In this document: positions 25,462 through 38,464 of the stretch, piece after piece
Position numbering within the stretch: position 1 is the stretch's first letter
Layout of the letters: each line of letters begins with the position of its first letter
From: Paraphysomonas bandaiensis
Lineage: Eukaryota; Protista; Chrysophyceae
Length of the DNA stretch: 64,000 bases
Direction of reading: 5' to 3'
Assembly: GCA_965644295.1 (NCBI GenBank)
Contig: CBFFRP010000338.1
Location: 1-64,000 of the forward strand
The notes under the pieces: model-generated
What the model was told of the DNA's origin: nothing
Database searches by the model: none
What the model saw: only the letters and a program-made list of their open reading frames with translations
Made by a program: the position numbers and the translations under genes

Positions 25462-28400
25462 ATGGATTCTTTCGGTGATGTTTTGAAGGAAGACACCCCT
25501 TCACAACATATCCAGCGCAAAGCCGAGTATGTGTGTGACGACTACTTAAAAAACGCGAGAGATAAACTTCAGGAAGTTATAGATACTCGAGCAGCGGACT
25601 TTTCTGAAAGGCAGGCCGATCTCGAACTGAAGCATGATAACATTATCAAGGAAAGGAATGTAGTCGAAGACCAGCAACGTGCAATCAAGAGAGAAAAAAG
25701 GAGTGTTTCCCATCATCAAAATAGAATTATTGATTTAAAGAAGAATGAAATGGTATATTTTGCTTTTGTCTTCTGCTTTATGAACCCACCTGTTTTAGTT
25801 AAGCAAACTCCTGACCAAACAGCGACTCCATATTGAAACAGCTCGACATTTGGAAACGGCGGTATAGCATTTATAATTCCTGGTTTGATATGATTTTGAA
25901 TGTTACAGAGAATGAAGAGAATCTCTCTTCTCCAAAAGTTAGAGCTTGTTCATTGTGAGAAAAATATTAGGAGTTCCAATCGGAGTGACAGTACTCGACC
26001 GCGTACAGAACAATTTTTAGATGAAGGCGATGGCAACTTGAATAACGGTGACCAAAGAGAGTCAATATCACAGCATAATGATTACACAGTTCATAATATT
26101 AGGCGGTACGTTACGAGGTATGATGATATATGACTAATTTCTTAGTGAGGCACAACAATCATTGAGAAGTTCGTTAGCACGAACTATGGATACGATTTCT
26201 GAAGGTACATCGAGTATCACACGGTCAAGATTTCAAGCTGAATGCGATTTACGAGGTGCACGCGACCTAAGGCCTGATGGTATGAAGTTGATGTAGTCGA
26301 CATGTATGTAATCTCCCTTTTCGTGTTCAAGGTCAACACAGCCATGTCACTATTGATGAGTTACAATTAAGTGCTCAAAATTTGGAAATGAACTTGTCAT
26401 CGAAAACCAAACTTCTGGATAAGACTTCTTCAATGTTGGAAGTAAGTGGGGCTACAACGATACATATATCTAAGTGCCTGTTGTATTAGGATGAACTGGA
26501 ATGGATGGATAGTTCGCCTGCTACTCCTTTTTGGGTATGTACTAAGTCCTATTTCGATATCGGTTAACAATCGAGTAGGAATTCAAAGAAAGTGTGAAGG
26601 CTTCTATGGTTATTAGCCATAGTGCTGCGAAAGACACGGTGGAATCAAGGTATCTTTAAAATCTTCATAGTGTTTGTCTCAGTCCCACCTAGGGATTACC
26701 TTGAATTATTACGCCTCAATGATGAGATGATGAGCGTCGAAAGAGATAACTTAGTGCTAGAAATCATTGCCCTCCACTTATGCAAAACCATAGCAATTGA
26801 TCAATGCGACAAAATCATAAGAGAAATTTCAAAGGAAGTCATAAATGAGAGAAAGAAATCAATGAATCGTGTCTCTGGGCTAATCAGCGAGGTATATTCT
26901 ACTTGATATCGATGAAATACTTATCGTGAGTTTTTATAGTCGTCTTCTTGCGTTACTCCTGAATATAATGGCTACTTGAAATCCAGTGGACGTTTGCATC
27001 TAGCGAAAGGTAATGCGAAATTGATCCAGGGATTTCAAATGATTGTGAATATAGGCTGTCTTTTGTCTCTTGTTAATTCGCATAGTAAGAATTGCAAGCA
27101 ACATGAGTTTTGCAGTAGAAGAACTCAATACTCTGTAAATGGTATGGAGCTATACTGGTATAATATTTACCTTTTAATATTTGGTTGCAGCCTTTAGTTC
27201 AATTCCCAAGAAGTATTATTCTGAGAGTGCTATAGATAAGACACTTTCATTGCGTCAAGCTTTGATGCATACAGATGACGAAGTCAAGCGTGGGCCTCTT
27301 ATTGGCTTTGAGAAATCTTATTGGCGAAATGTAATGAATAGAAATCCTTGTCAAGGCATCAATGATAGTATGTGTAGGTCCGATTTGCATTGTGTTGTGA
27401 TCAACATGTGCATTTGCCTGCAGAGATAAGGGACCTGTGTATCATAAGGTATTTTTTCAATCTGATGAAGTTTCTCACTACTGGGTGGTAGGATTTTTGC
27501 TCGCCCAAGCCAATATCTATCTTTACTTGTGGTGGGCTCTCGTTGCGGTCGAATGGCAGTATGGTCTGTTCCATGGAACAGTAATGTACCAAATACTCCA
27601 ACTTTGTTGTCAATATCACCTCGGCTACCTATGCGGGAGGAGTGTTGTCTGGTATTTATGAATCTTTATTAGTTTTCAAGTTTTATATTTCTATAATAGG
27701 TTGACGTCAGGGAATGTGCATCTGCAGTCAATCAGCTCTTAACATTGGATGAAAAGGTTTTATGCCAAGTATCATAAACTTTTAATAATGTATTGCAGGG
27801 TGCTGTACGCGTGTGGTGTTTAAATCCTGTAAGCCGGAGAAAGGATCATACCAGAAACATGTTTCCTTCGATGTATGAGACGCTTATTTTAAACGTGACC
27901 GTAATCTTTGTTTAGATGTAAAAGGTTTGCTCCTATAGTACCATCGTGTCTATTTTATATGGCACCCTCGGAGTACAATATGCCCAAACCTAGTGTGTTT
28001 GGATTGCACTATAAGGTTATATATCTAGTCGTCGCACCGTCTCTCATCGTTTTAAATAGATGTCAAGCATCGATTACAAGTCAATTGTTTCACCACAACA
28101 TGGAACATTTCCGCAACGGGCGATTTTTTTCCCGTCTTCTACGTTCACTTCGCGGTTTAAATATACTGATAATACCCGACGTTATAACATATTCTCTTAG
28201 CAATTGCAGTTTGCTCATAGGTAGTAGCGGAGGAGGCGTTGTAAAAGTTAACATGGACTTCAAAGAAGCGTACTTTTCTTCACGAATTGTTTATCCTCGA
28301 CGATTTGTCAATGTGGAGTATATGCACTCTGCAAGTATTGTTCAGGTAAACAATCAGATTGTAGCCTATTGTTATAATTCAGTTGAGTGGACATTCAGGC

Positions 28401-30329
28401 GAGCAATGGACAAAATATCGAACTAGTTCAAGCGGCTGGGGATGAAAACAAAAAAGCGAATAGGGTATGTTCCCTGATTGTGTACCCACCTCTTGATGTG
28501 CACATGTGTCAAGGTTTACAGAGAATACTTTCACTATCATAAGTTCCCTATTGTATTTATGGAAGCTGTTGGGAAAGTATCCGACACAGTGATAACCATT
28601 GGTAAAGCGTATGTCCTCCGCCGTATGGAATGAAACCTAATATATATTAGATTCTCATGGGGACGCTGCTTTGTGGAACTACACTCCTGGTTTACTACAG
28701 CCCGAAGGGTGGTTTACCCCACGATCTACAGCATCTTTGGATTTACGGTTAGTGCCATATAGTTCACTGTCGATTCTCATATGTTTAGGTGGTTGACATT
28801 ATCAAAATTACATTCGAAATCGGTTCCTGATCCCCCTCAAGTACCACCACGTTCTGTTCTTGACAAACTTAAGGTATATTATTTTATTTATGATAAATAT
28901 CTGCGGTACCTATACTTTAAATTGCAGATTTTACGCCGGAAGTACAGCAGCAATGAAGAGTATATCGTGGATTCTTATCGTCCTGTTTCGAATGTTCCAG
29001 GCCATCCACCTCATTTAGAGGTCTGCATGACGTTTTATTTTGGAGTAATTTGCTTACTTGTTGGTGATCAGGTTATGTTCGAGCACAGCATGAAGAGTGA
29101 TGTAACTGGAGATCATAACTATGATAAGAAAGATAAAGAAGTATGGTCATCATATAATGTGGTGTCTTCCCTCGAGTCTGCTGGGTATCGCTATACGTGT
29201 AGTGGTATTACTTTAAGCTTTTCTATGTAGTGTAGTAGGGGCACACATGTCTGGTGATGGAGAAGAAATTGTCATGCTTATCAGCTACAGTGTCGTGAAT
29301 TCTCGGAGCGTCGAAGAAGGTGACTTTCGGCATTCATCCCCAGTTGATCGAGATGAGCATTGTTCTACATTGTCGGTGGGTCATACACAAATAGCTAAAT
29401 TTTATCTATTATCTGCTTTGTATGTGTCAGAATGAACCAAGATCTCAGTCTGACGATCCTCAGGAAGTGGTAAAAAACTTTTGCTTTATTCTAGTAGTCA
29501 TTTACCTGCGAAGCATTGCAGAATCAATCAGTTGCGAATACTCAAACTGAGACTATTCTTGCCGCCATTGTGTGTATCGATTCGAGAAACCTTGAGGTGA
29601 GTGTATACCACATATTTATCGAGATTTTTCATACGTGCTTAGTTTCATATGCCCGCATCACTCTTCGAGGTAAAGAAGGGTGAACTTTTACTTGGAATCA
29701 GTGCTGGCCCAGTTATTGCTACTACACGCACTCGAACAGCTATTGTACAAACTGATTCTCTTTTGCGTTTATTTAGTCTGGAGACTGGTCAGGTAAACTG
29801 CAGGATAAGTGCATTTTATAATGATGTAATGTAATACACACTGTAGGAATTGATTGTTGGTGCGTTTCCATTCAGCTTACGTGGTCCATCCGATTACAAC
29901 GCTCAACCAATGATTAGTGCAATATGTCCCAGACAGAAAATTGCAGCCTTTGGATGCTCTAGTCGCTCCAAATTATCAGGTTTTCTTCTTCTTGCCATAT
30001 TTGCTAATGCTAATTTCAATTGAATAATGGTAGTCCACGTTTTTGATGCCACAGAGGCTGAGAATGAGCTTCGTGATATTCCACCAGCTGTAGTGGATGG
30101 TCATTCCAGACCACTTGATTATTTAGAAAGAATAATTTTCAGAGATCACGGTATTTCACGAAGTTCGAGTAAAAATGATGCGAGAATAATCTGTGAAGAG
30201 ATTATTGGTGATCTTCTACTTCATACTTTTCGGAGTATTACTCAACTAGAAAATGTGGAATGTGTATACGAGAATTTAGGAGTTATACCGCCAACAAAAT
30301 GGCCATCACATGGTGGAAAGAAAGTATAA
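25462..30329 (+). CDS. Many-exon gene: N-terminal coiled coil plus WD40-like repeats, unknown function
   Basis: Chain of short ORFs joined by ~45-55 nt GT-AG introns. Spliced segments LTLDEKGAVRVW, DSHGDAALWNY and TDSLLRLFSLETG are WD-like. Exon structure not fully resolved. Confidence 0.7.
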
Positions 30330-30910
30330 TATTCAGATTTTTTAAAATAGAATTAGACTAGTTGAATGCATACTAGGTTCATCGTACAGAGAATTAATTC
30401 ACAGTGCAAGGAAGTAGTTCAAGAAACACTCTCGAAACGTAAGAAAAGAAATTATGTGGACGACTATATTTCGCAACTGTAGATTTTGAAAAACTTCTGA
30501 GGTGCAATATGTAATTTAGAGTAGTTAGGATACGTACAATGACGGCGAGTTGTAGGTGTAGAGCTTATCACATTTTACATCAATAAATCAATGATGAGAT
30601 ATGCATGTCAAATAAAATACCTCACGGACCAAATGTATGTCTTTTTAAGTTTTGTTGCTTATCTGTTATTGCAATTCAATTAATTGTTACGCAGCCCTGG
30701 TTAAAATAGAATCCTTCTCAATCAGTTACGCATCGGTTACTCTTTTTGTTGAATTGACGAATCAGTGTCACAATCTTTACATGGTATAACAAATATGGGC
30801 GATATATATATAATCTGTCGGGATCTATTTTTCGACATAGTCAATTTAGTGGAATTTCATAGTCACACCAAAATTGGTGTAAAAACCTAGTCAAAAAGGT
30901 AGAAAAAAAA

Positions 30911-33300
30911 AAGGGATAGGGAACAATATATTGCAATACTATTGTTAGGTAGCGTTCCATCAATAGTATTGATGGATTTTTTAAACCGGCCCTACAATAC
31001 TATTGCAATATATTGCAATATATTGTACAATATATTGCAATATATTAGTATGACTAATCAGTAAGTAAACACATCCGTAGTTTTCATTTTTAGTACTTGC
31101 CATATTTTATAAGGTCTAAGGTCACTTGATAATCAAACCCACTACTCTTAACTAATTAAAAGTTTCCTCATACTCATCCTCTGAGCCATCATCGGTGACA
31201 TCATCATCACCATATTCATTCAATATTGATTGAAATATGCTTGCATCCGGCCACAACTGTCGGTTAGCTTTCAGAAACAACAGCATATTAAGTGTAGTAG
31301 GATGCATACGTTTGCGCAACACTGATATAATCAGTTTTGCTGCGCTGAACAGGCGTTCACACGTATTGGAAGTACATACTACATGACTCGTGCACCTGTA
31401 CTTAGATATTTCAACTTTTCGCTTCTTAAGTTTTTGAGCTGATTGAAGAATTTTTTCCGCATAGCCAACTTCAGCTTCATCATCCTCTGTATTGTTGCAA
31501 TAATCACTGTCTGAACGGAGATATATTCTAACAGCATCTTTCTCAGATCTTGTCAAGTCCAATTCTTCGCCTGCTTGGAGTTTTGCAATTCCATTCTCGA
31601 AATTCGGATCATTAACAATGGGACTGTTTTTCTGTAAAGCAGATAGTGGATACTTTGGCCTAAAGTCCCTCAATAAGCCATCAAATATGTTCCGGCATTC
31701 ATAAAGATTCACTTGACTTGATCCTCCAGTTTGAAGCAATTTCGAGACGCTTTCAAACTTCCTCAGGTCGTCTACAAGGGCGATTATTTCGGTATTCTGT
31801 CGAGGAGTAGGAATCATATCAGTAACTGCAAGCGGTAAGTCTTCAATTTTTAATACATGATCTTTTATACGCATCCACTTTACGAGAACCTGAAACATAG
31901 AAGACCATCTTGTGACATTTACCCTTTCTGGTAGCAGACTGGTTTGGCCACGTAGCAATGCAGCATTCTTAATCTGCTTCAACTTCCCCATTAGTAGGTC
32001 TACTTTGCGAATAAGAGGCCTAATGCCTTCGTCAGATCTTGTCACATCTCCTTGGTTATTCCTCTTCTCTTTGCTGCCAATGAGTTCATTGACAGCGAGA
32101 TTTAGTCGGTGAGATGCACATCCAACTAGGGGTACACCTAATATATATTATAACATTCGACAATTTCACACAAGTAATACGGTGTTACCAGAATCAGTAG
32201 CCAATTTTCTGTTTGTAGCACAGTTATCTCCAAGATAAAACTCAACAATGTCGCAAACATTGTCAGCGTTAACCTCAACTCCAAATTTATTGAGAACTTC
32301 TACGATAGTATCAAACCAATCCGCAGCAGTGAATCCGTAGAATTTCTCTTCATCAGGTAGATCTTCATCGAAAACAGTGTTGTCATCAATATCCTCTTGC
32401 ACATTACAAGACAACAATAACAAATTCGGAGTATTGGTTCGGTCGCAAAAGGTTGCAAATATTGCACTGTAGTGGTGGGAGTCCGACGTCCAACCGTCCA
32501 TGACTAGACCAAATGTTGGTGGTAATATATCTTTAATCATATCACGTAGCTTCAGTTCCAACAGTCTCATATATTTTTTCAGTGTTTTTGTAGTTATCTT
32601 ACCCAAAGAAGTCTTATTTCTAGTTAATTTCTTCTCACAGAAATTTAATGGAAGATTTTCCTCGACAATCCACTCCACCCACTCATAAATTGTTTTCGCC
32701 TTGTCTGAAGGCTGCAGAACAAAAGCATCCATGGGACCATTGGTGCAGACAGCCCGTAAATACCTCTTCAATGTCTCCTCCCACACATCATGAGAGAAAG
32801 TGTGATCCTTTAGATTGTTGTATCCATTCCGAATATTCTGTTGTCGTTTACGTCCGCAGATTTTACACTCGTGTATGTTCGGGACACCTTCGACCGGACT
32901 CCAAAAACAGCGGTAAATGTCCCTACTCTTGTATGCACTCATCATTCAGTTGTCTCTTCTTGTCACTATAGGATATATATACTATATTAAGAGAAGTACT
33001 GTACATACATGTGGAGAGGTGTAGAGTGCTGTTTGAGCTGGCGATACATAAAAAATAGAAAATAACATCAAAAATAGGCTTTTTTTCTTATTTTCCGGAT
33101 ATTTGTATACAGAGGCGTATATTTTGCACCATACAGTTGAGGATCTTCTCTTATATGACTATCATAATATTGATTGCAATATATTGCAATAGTATTGTGA
33201 GCTCTATTAACAGAAACACTATTGATGGAATATTTGACCAGTCCACCAATCAATATATTGTACAATATATTGCAATACAATATATTGTTCCCTATCCCTG
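30911..33300 (-). mobile_element. Full-length, apparently autonomous hAT DNA transposon (~2.39 kb)
   Basis: TIRs (C)AGGGATAGGGAACAATATATTG at both ends and ATATTGCAATA subterminal repeats. Flanks are GAAAAAAA.. and GAAAAAAC (degenerate 8-bp TSD). The empty site is visible at ~54070. Confidence 0.93.
31152..32945 (-). CDS. hAT transposase, 580 aa, one 51-nt intron (32138-32188)
   Basis: BED finger CKIC..HTFSH; D in LVMDGWT; D in LGDNCATN; GCASHRLNLAV restored by splicing; NVTRWSS; E in SNTCERLFS. 757+986 nt = 581 codons with no disruption. Confidence 0.93.
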
Positions 33301-33709
33301 GAAAAAACTAGTCATTAAATAATTAGATTTTTAACATTACAATGACTAGGTAGAAGTGGGTATTCACCTAGTCAAACAGGGGAGCATACTGTAGTAATGT
33401 AGCCATAAATTCAAAAATTCAAATGCTATATGCCTCACACTTCGTCGTCACAGTCGAATGAAAATTGGGCTGTTTCTGATGACCAAGTCCGGTGTAGCTC
33501 CACAGCAATCTTTATTCATAGGCATCGAACCCCACAATCTTCGGATGAGCCAGGATGTGATTAGGAACATCAGAAAACCGACACTGCCAGCGAAGAATGT
33601 TTTATTTCTGTGGTTAGATACCACGCGGTAATCCACGCACATACCATTCAGGTACTGCGCGTGCCGTACGTACGTGTTCTCCAGTCCCCTGGCCTAAGGG
33701 CCATGACAT

Positions 33710-34506
33710 GACTGCACAACTAGAGACGATTTTTGGAGATCACATCCATCAGCCCTTGACAACCCATGGTCTGCGCAATCTCGAAACAGCGGTCATCAGC
33801 TTGCTTCAACCGCTTTTCGACGCCGCTAAGTTAATGATTCAGGACCGAAGTCGACGATACATTACCTCACACAAAGGACCCCATAGGTTACTCCCGCGAC
33901 CGCGCCCACAACACAAACGGAAATGGAAACGCCCAAGGGTGCTACGATTACTAGGAGCCCAAAGACGACCAGAGACGGGACTACCATCCACTGCAACCAC
34001 ATGCACCACCTCTCATGCACGCAGGAATAAAGCACCGCACTGCTTGAAAACATCTGGTCCTCGACAAAGACGCCGTCTCCGGCAACTACACCTATGCCTG
34101 ATGCCCAAGTGATGCAAGGAAACAACAACGACACCCTCCACCACTCCACTCCCCTCACAGAACACCCATCTAGTACTTGGTACACTTCGGACATTAATGC
34201 AAAACCCTGTACCACAGAGCCTGGTAGAGCCGTATCCTAAGGGAAGACAGACCCCCCAGACATCACGCGCCAGTGAGTCAAAGACGCATAAGCAGGGCGA
34301 AACTCACAAACAAAATTTAGAACGGAAGTGGTTGCACCTTGGTGCTTGCGGCGACGCACAAGCAGCTTCTGTAGCGTTAAATATAGTAGGATAATGGAAT
34401 TTGTACGGATTAGTTATGGGTAGAGGTCTAACTAGCATGACTAGCATTCAACTAACCACTTGGTACAGGTTTCTAACGCCTACTGCTAAATAAAAAGACG
34501 TTTAAT
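33710..34506 (+). mobile_element. 5'-truncated LINE 3' fragment flanked by a ~368-bp direct duplication
   Basis: TAQLETIFGDHIHQPL..SLLQPLF and PKGRQTP are homologous to the LINE at 3279-4064. Flanks 33342-33709 and 34507-34876. Confidence 0.85.
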
Positions 34507-36505
34507 ATGACTAGGTGTAGAAGTGGGTATTCACCTAGTCAAACAGGGGAGCATACTGTAGTAATGTAGCCATAAATTCAAAAATTCAAATGCTATATGC
34601 CTCACACTTCGTCGTCACAGTCGAATGAAAATTGGGCTGTTTCTGATGACCAAGTCCGGTGTAGCTCCACAGCAATCTTTATTCATGGGCATCGAACCCC
34701 ACAATCTTCGGATGAGCCAGGATGTGATTAGGAACATCAGAAAACCGACACTGCCAGCGAAGAATGTTTTATTTCTGTGGTTAGATACCACGCGGTAATC
34801 CACGCACATACCATTCAGGTACTGCGCGTGCCGTACGTACGTGTTCTCCAGTCCCCTGGCCTAAGGGCCATGACATCTACGGATTCATCGTTGATAAGTG
34901 CCCTAGCTGAATTGCGAAGCCGGCCGCCTTTCCTTGCAGGCCTGATAGTGCTCGCCATGTGCTTTACATCAATGTCTCCTAAGGAGAAATTAAGATGTTT
35001 AAGGAGCTATAAATGACACACACATACCTCGCAAGTGATGCACGGTGGCTAGGGAGTGGGAGCAGTAACGACCATTGTCCCAAAACCGCGGGCAGCTGCA
35101 AATGAGAGAGGTATAGGTCCTACGATTTATTTTGTAAGGAACTTCTCGAACAACAAACATACTGAGGTATCTATAATATAGAGAGTGATTAATACCTAGT
35201 AAACGAAGTACAATATATATTTTACCTCTCCCTACATTCCTCCACTTGATACGTATCTCTTCCTTTGACGCAATGGAACATATCTATGAATGACTTTTCT
35301 TCATTCGATTCTCACCTGTGTGTTCAATGAACAGGTTTTTCTTTGAGTTAACATACCTACTAAAACTTATGTTAATGACGCGTATTATTTCATAAATAAG
35401 AGTTGCTAACCAATGAACTTCCGTTTTACCCTTCACTAATACGCCCATCTGTTTGCAGTTTTGCGGACCTGGATCGATAATAGAGCATGTGCCGAGGAGA
35501 CACTCTCGATGCACGTGATCATGTAGTAAAGCAAGCTGACCATTACATAAGAAATTGACCCTTGCGACCCGGTACTGCTCTCGCAGATGTCTCAACATAA
35601 AACAGGAATAGATACCTCAAGAAAATGTGACATAACCGCTCTTTCCTGTATCTGTAGCTTAATAGATCGAAATAATGACTCCGAGGTATTGTTCTGCGGG
35701 GCGTGGCCAGGTATGCCCGGTGCCCCAACGTTGAATGTACCCCCATGAATGTTTTCAGTGTGTAGAGTGGTATGTAAGAGGTTGTAGCGTGTTGTTGTCA
35801 TACTTGTGCCTTATAATTCATAGTTAAATAAGTGATGCTGATAGACCCCCAGAGAGTAAGATTTCATCGATGTTTTCAAAGGTAACTGAAGGACATGCAT
35901 GAAGATTGTGTTGAGAGAAAGAATGGTCTACCAGCCTACTTCAGCATTGGAGAGATCTATGGAGTCCTGCCTATGCTGCTATATACAGCTCTTTAGCTTA
36001 GTTTTGACCTGATGTATGTTGCATTGGTTCTACGTCACCTGCTATGACCTCATGCTTCTGTAATGCATAACTATATGCCTGTAACGTGTAGCTATAGGCA
36101 TGTAATGCGTAGCTATATGCGAGTACAAGTCATGAATAGGTTTAATACTATAATTGGCTAGGTTGAGTCATTTATTGACTAGGTTTTTACACTATAACAT
36201 TTTTCAAAATCAAAATCATTTTTCTATTTTCACACTATAACACATAAAGCGCATTAATTATATACTTGCTTGGAAACTTGCCGAAAGAGTTGTTATTAAT
36301 ACACTTACTATTACAAGTCATTCTAGTCGAGAATCTTGGTATAATCGAGGAATCATAAGGTAGCTGGACATAGCCATGGTATTATGGATTATAGAAGATT
36401 GGATATATGCAATTTATAGCTTATTATAAGTATAAATACTAACAAGGATGTGATAGCGACACATTTTATAATATTACTACTCCTTGTAATAAATTTCGTT
36501 TGCAA

Positions 36506-37279
36506 TCAAGATTCATCACCATTCTCATGGGCCTCGTCGTTGTCATCATCATCCGCTTCAGCATACTCATCATCATCGCTTTCTTCGAGGCTACCCCAAA
36601 GGCCCTGAACCATATTACTCATTTCCTCGTCACTGGGCTCGCGATGATACTTTTCAACAAAACCGTCGTGTAGCCGCGTTACGAGAAGCGCCATCGCGTC
36701 ATCGTCGTCTTCGTCGAGGTCATCCTCACTGTCTTCTTCTTCAGGATCACCGTCACTATCTTCTTCTTCGTCTCCCTCTTCTATAAGGTCTAACTTACCC
36801 TCCTGATCCTCAACATGCCACGGTTGGATCTCACGCTTCGTGAATTCCTCGTACTCATCCATAGAGAAGTCCAGCGGCATGCCATCATCATCGCTCCTAG
36901 TCAGAAGAATATCGCCATATACTTTAGCATCATGGAAAGGAGGTTGAAGTTTATGTTTATTGGCATTGTCATTGGAAGATGACGAGAGCTGATCTGCTCG
37001 AATGAGAAGTATAACCTGGATATCTTCCCACTGCCCGAGAAAAGTGATTTCTCCTCCTAACAACTCCTGAGGCGCTTTCACAGAGGGAGTCATATTCAAC
37101 ATAACTTCTAATTTCGTGCCATCCTTTTTCAGTAATACGTTCTTTACACTAGGGCAGGTTTGGGACATCAGTTTCTTTATGTCGACATGTTGCAAACTGT
37201 TGCATGCATCAGCCTCAATTTCGGTCTTTGCACGCTTCTCTGGTGAACCGTTTTTAATATGAGCAGGCCTTTTTGACAT
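36506..37279 (-). CDS. Conserved-looking uncharacterised protein (possibly DUF5880-like) with an acidic C-terminus; intronless
   Basis: Likely start MSKRPAHIK. Globular core LGGEITFLGQW..NKHKLQPPF..VYGDILLTRSDDDGMPLDF, then a D/E-rich tail. Domain name from recall only. Confidence 0.8.
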   Translation of the reverse strand: MSKRPAHIKNGSPEKRAKTEIEADACNSLQHVDIKKLMSQTCPSVKNVLLKKDGTKLEVMLNMTPSVKAPQELLGGEITFLGQWEDIQVILLIRADQLSSSSNDNANKHKLQPPFHDAKVYGDILLTRSDDDGMPLDFSMDEYEEFTKREIQPWHVEDQEGKLDLIEEGDEEEDSDGDPEEEDSEDDLDEDDDDAMALLVTRLHDGFVEKYHREPSDEEMSNMVQGLWGSLEESDDDEYAEADDDDNDEAHENGDES

Positions 37280-37794
37280 TTTAAATAATAGGATTGATGA
37301 GTGCCCCGCATATGTGGTGTGAAATATGCTGTTGTGTCCACAGAGCTCATATGTAGCGACAGTGTCATATCGGCATCCTTCGTACATTTTTGTTCATAGA
37401 TGCCTCTTATATTGAGTCAACAATTATCTGTATTTCAGCCGTAGTTGTATTGCAGTAATATAGAGAATATTGACTTCGTTATATTTCCGAAAACTAAGAT
37501 GCTGACTGCCGATAATCGTACTTGGATATCAGTGTGAGAGCTAGAAATGCCCACGACTACGATATCTACTACAGGGTTGTATACCATACAACAGGAGAGT
37601 GTGTACACAACAGAGTATCCCTGTACCGTATAGCTGTCATGCGGCATGCGTTCTCATCAACCATCAATCTGAGTATACATTGTATTTACATCAGTATTCT
37701 CCTATTTTGTATACATTTCCACGCTCTGTCCACTGATGAGACGGCCACTCCATACCACTTTAAAATATCACCTATAGTCAACTCACTCCGAATA

Positions 37795-38464
37795 ATGGGT
37801 GACCTGTATTTTGATAACAGCGCTGATAAAATAATAGATGATTGGATCAACGATGTACAACAGGGAGATGCTGGGGATGTGGGGGTTGCTGTAGATGCCA
37901 CAGTCATCGATGACGGTACAACGAAACTCGGTATAGGCTATGACGCCTCAAAAGATACAAATAAAACGAAGAAAGGAGTATCTTTAACAGAAAGGTTAAC
38001 CAAGGCGAACAAAAGAAAGAATAATGTTAAAATGTACGAGACTTTTGAAGAACATGGAATTGTAGAAGAAAATCTGGAGAGTCGTGTGGGTGCTGTTCGC
38101 AGCAAAACCAAAAGTGGTACGAAGCCCCCTTCAAGCGAGCGAGATAACCCTAAGTTCCAGAATGACAGTTCTAACTGTCAGGGACCAGAAACTAGTAAGA
38201 GAAAGCGAGTGAAAACTCGCTCCAAACAGAAGAATATTAGGCGAGATAAACGTGGACTTGAGTTTAAACCTTGTCACCTACAACCCGGATCGAAGAATTA
38301 TCGTGGCCGACCTCTCACTGCGGTATGTAGACGGTTTTGCATTTCTGACATCTATCTGACATTGCTTACAGGAAACGAAGCAGATTTTGGGAATGTCAAC
38401 TAGTACAAAGAAAAGAAAAATATCGCATGAATATGGACAAGATAAAGTTGATGAAGGGTCGTGA
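37795..38464 (+). CDS. Lys/Arg-rich uncharacterised protein, 206 aa, one intron (38323-38371)
   Basis: KRKRVKTRSKQKNIRRDKR..YRGRPLTA/ETKQILG. Splicing gives a clean frame to TGA at 38464. Confidence 0.8.

Larger units (their letters stand above)
30820..36195 (-). mobile_element. MULE copy 2 (internally deleted transposase), carrying nested hAT and LINE insertions
   Basis: Left end GGGATCTATTTTTC as at 53988. Relics PGIPGHAPQNNTSESLFRSIK (catalytic Glu region) and spliced CSCPRFWDNGRYCSHSLATVHHLRGDIDVKHM (SWIM zinc finger). Right end truncated. Confidence 0.85.

Noticed and set aside
25462-30329. Fragmented ORFs suggesting stop-codon reassignment or non-canonical introns
   Set aside because: The breaks examined are explained by short canonical GT-AG introns, and long exons elsewhere read cleanly in the standard code.
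34343-34364. Resemblance of the LINE 3' stem-loop to group II intron domain V
   Set aside because: No AGC/CGC triad or extended lower stem, and no other intron domains.
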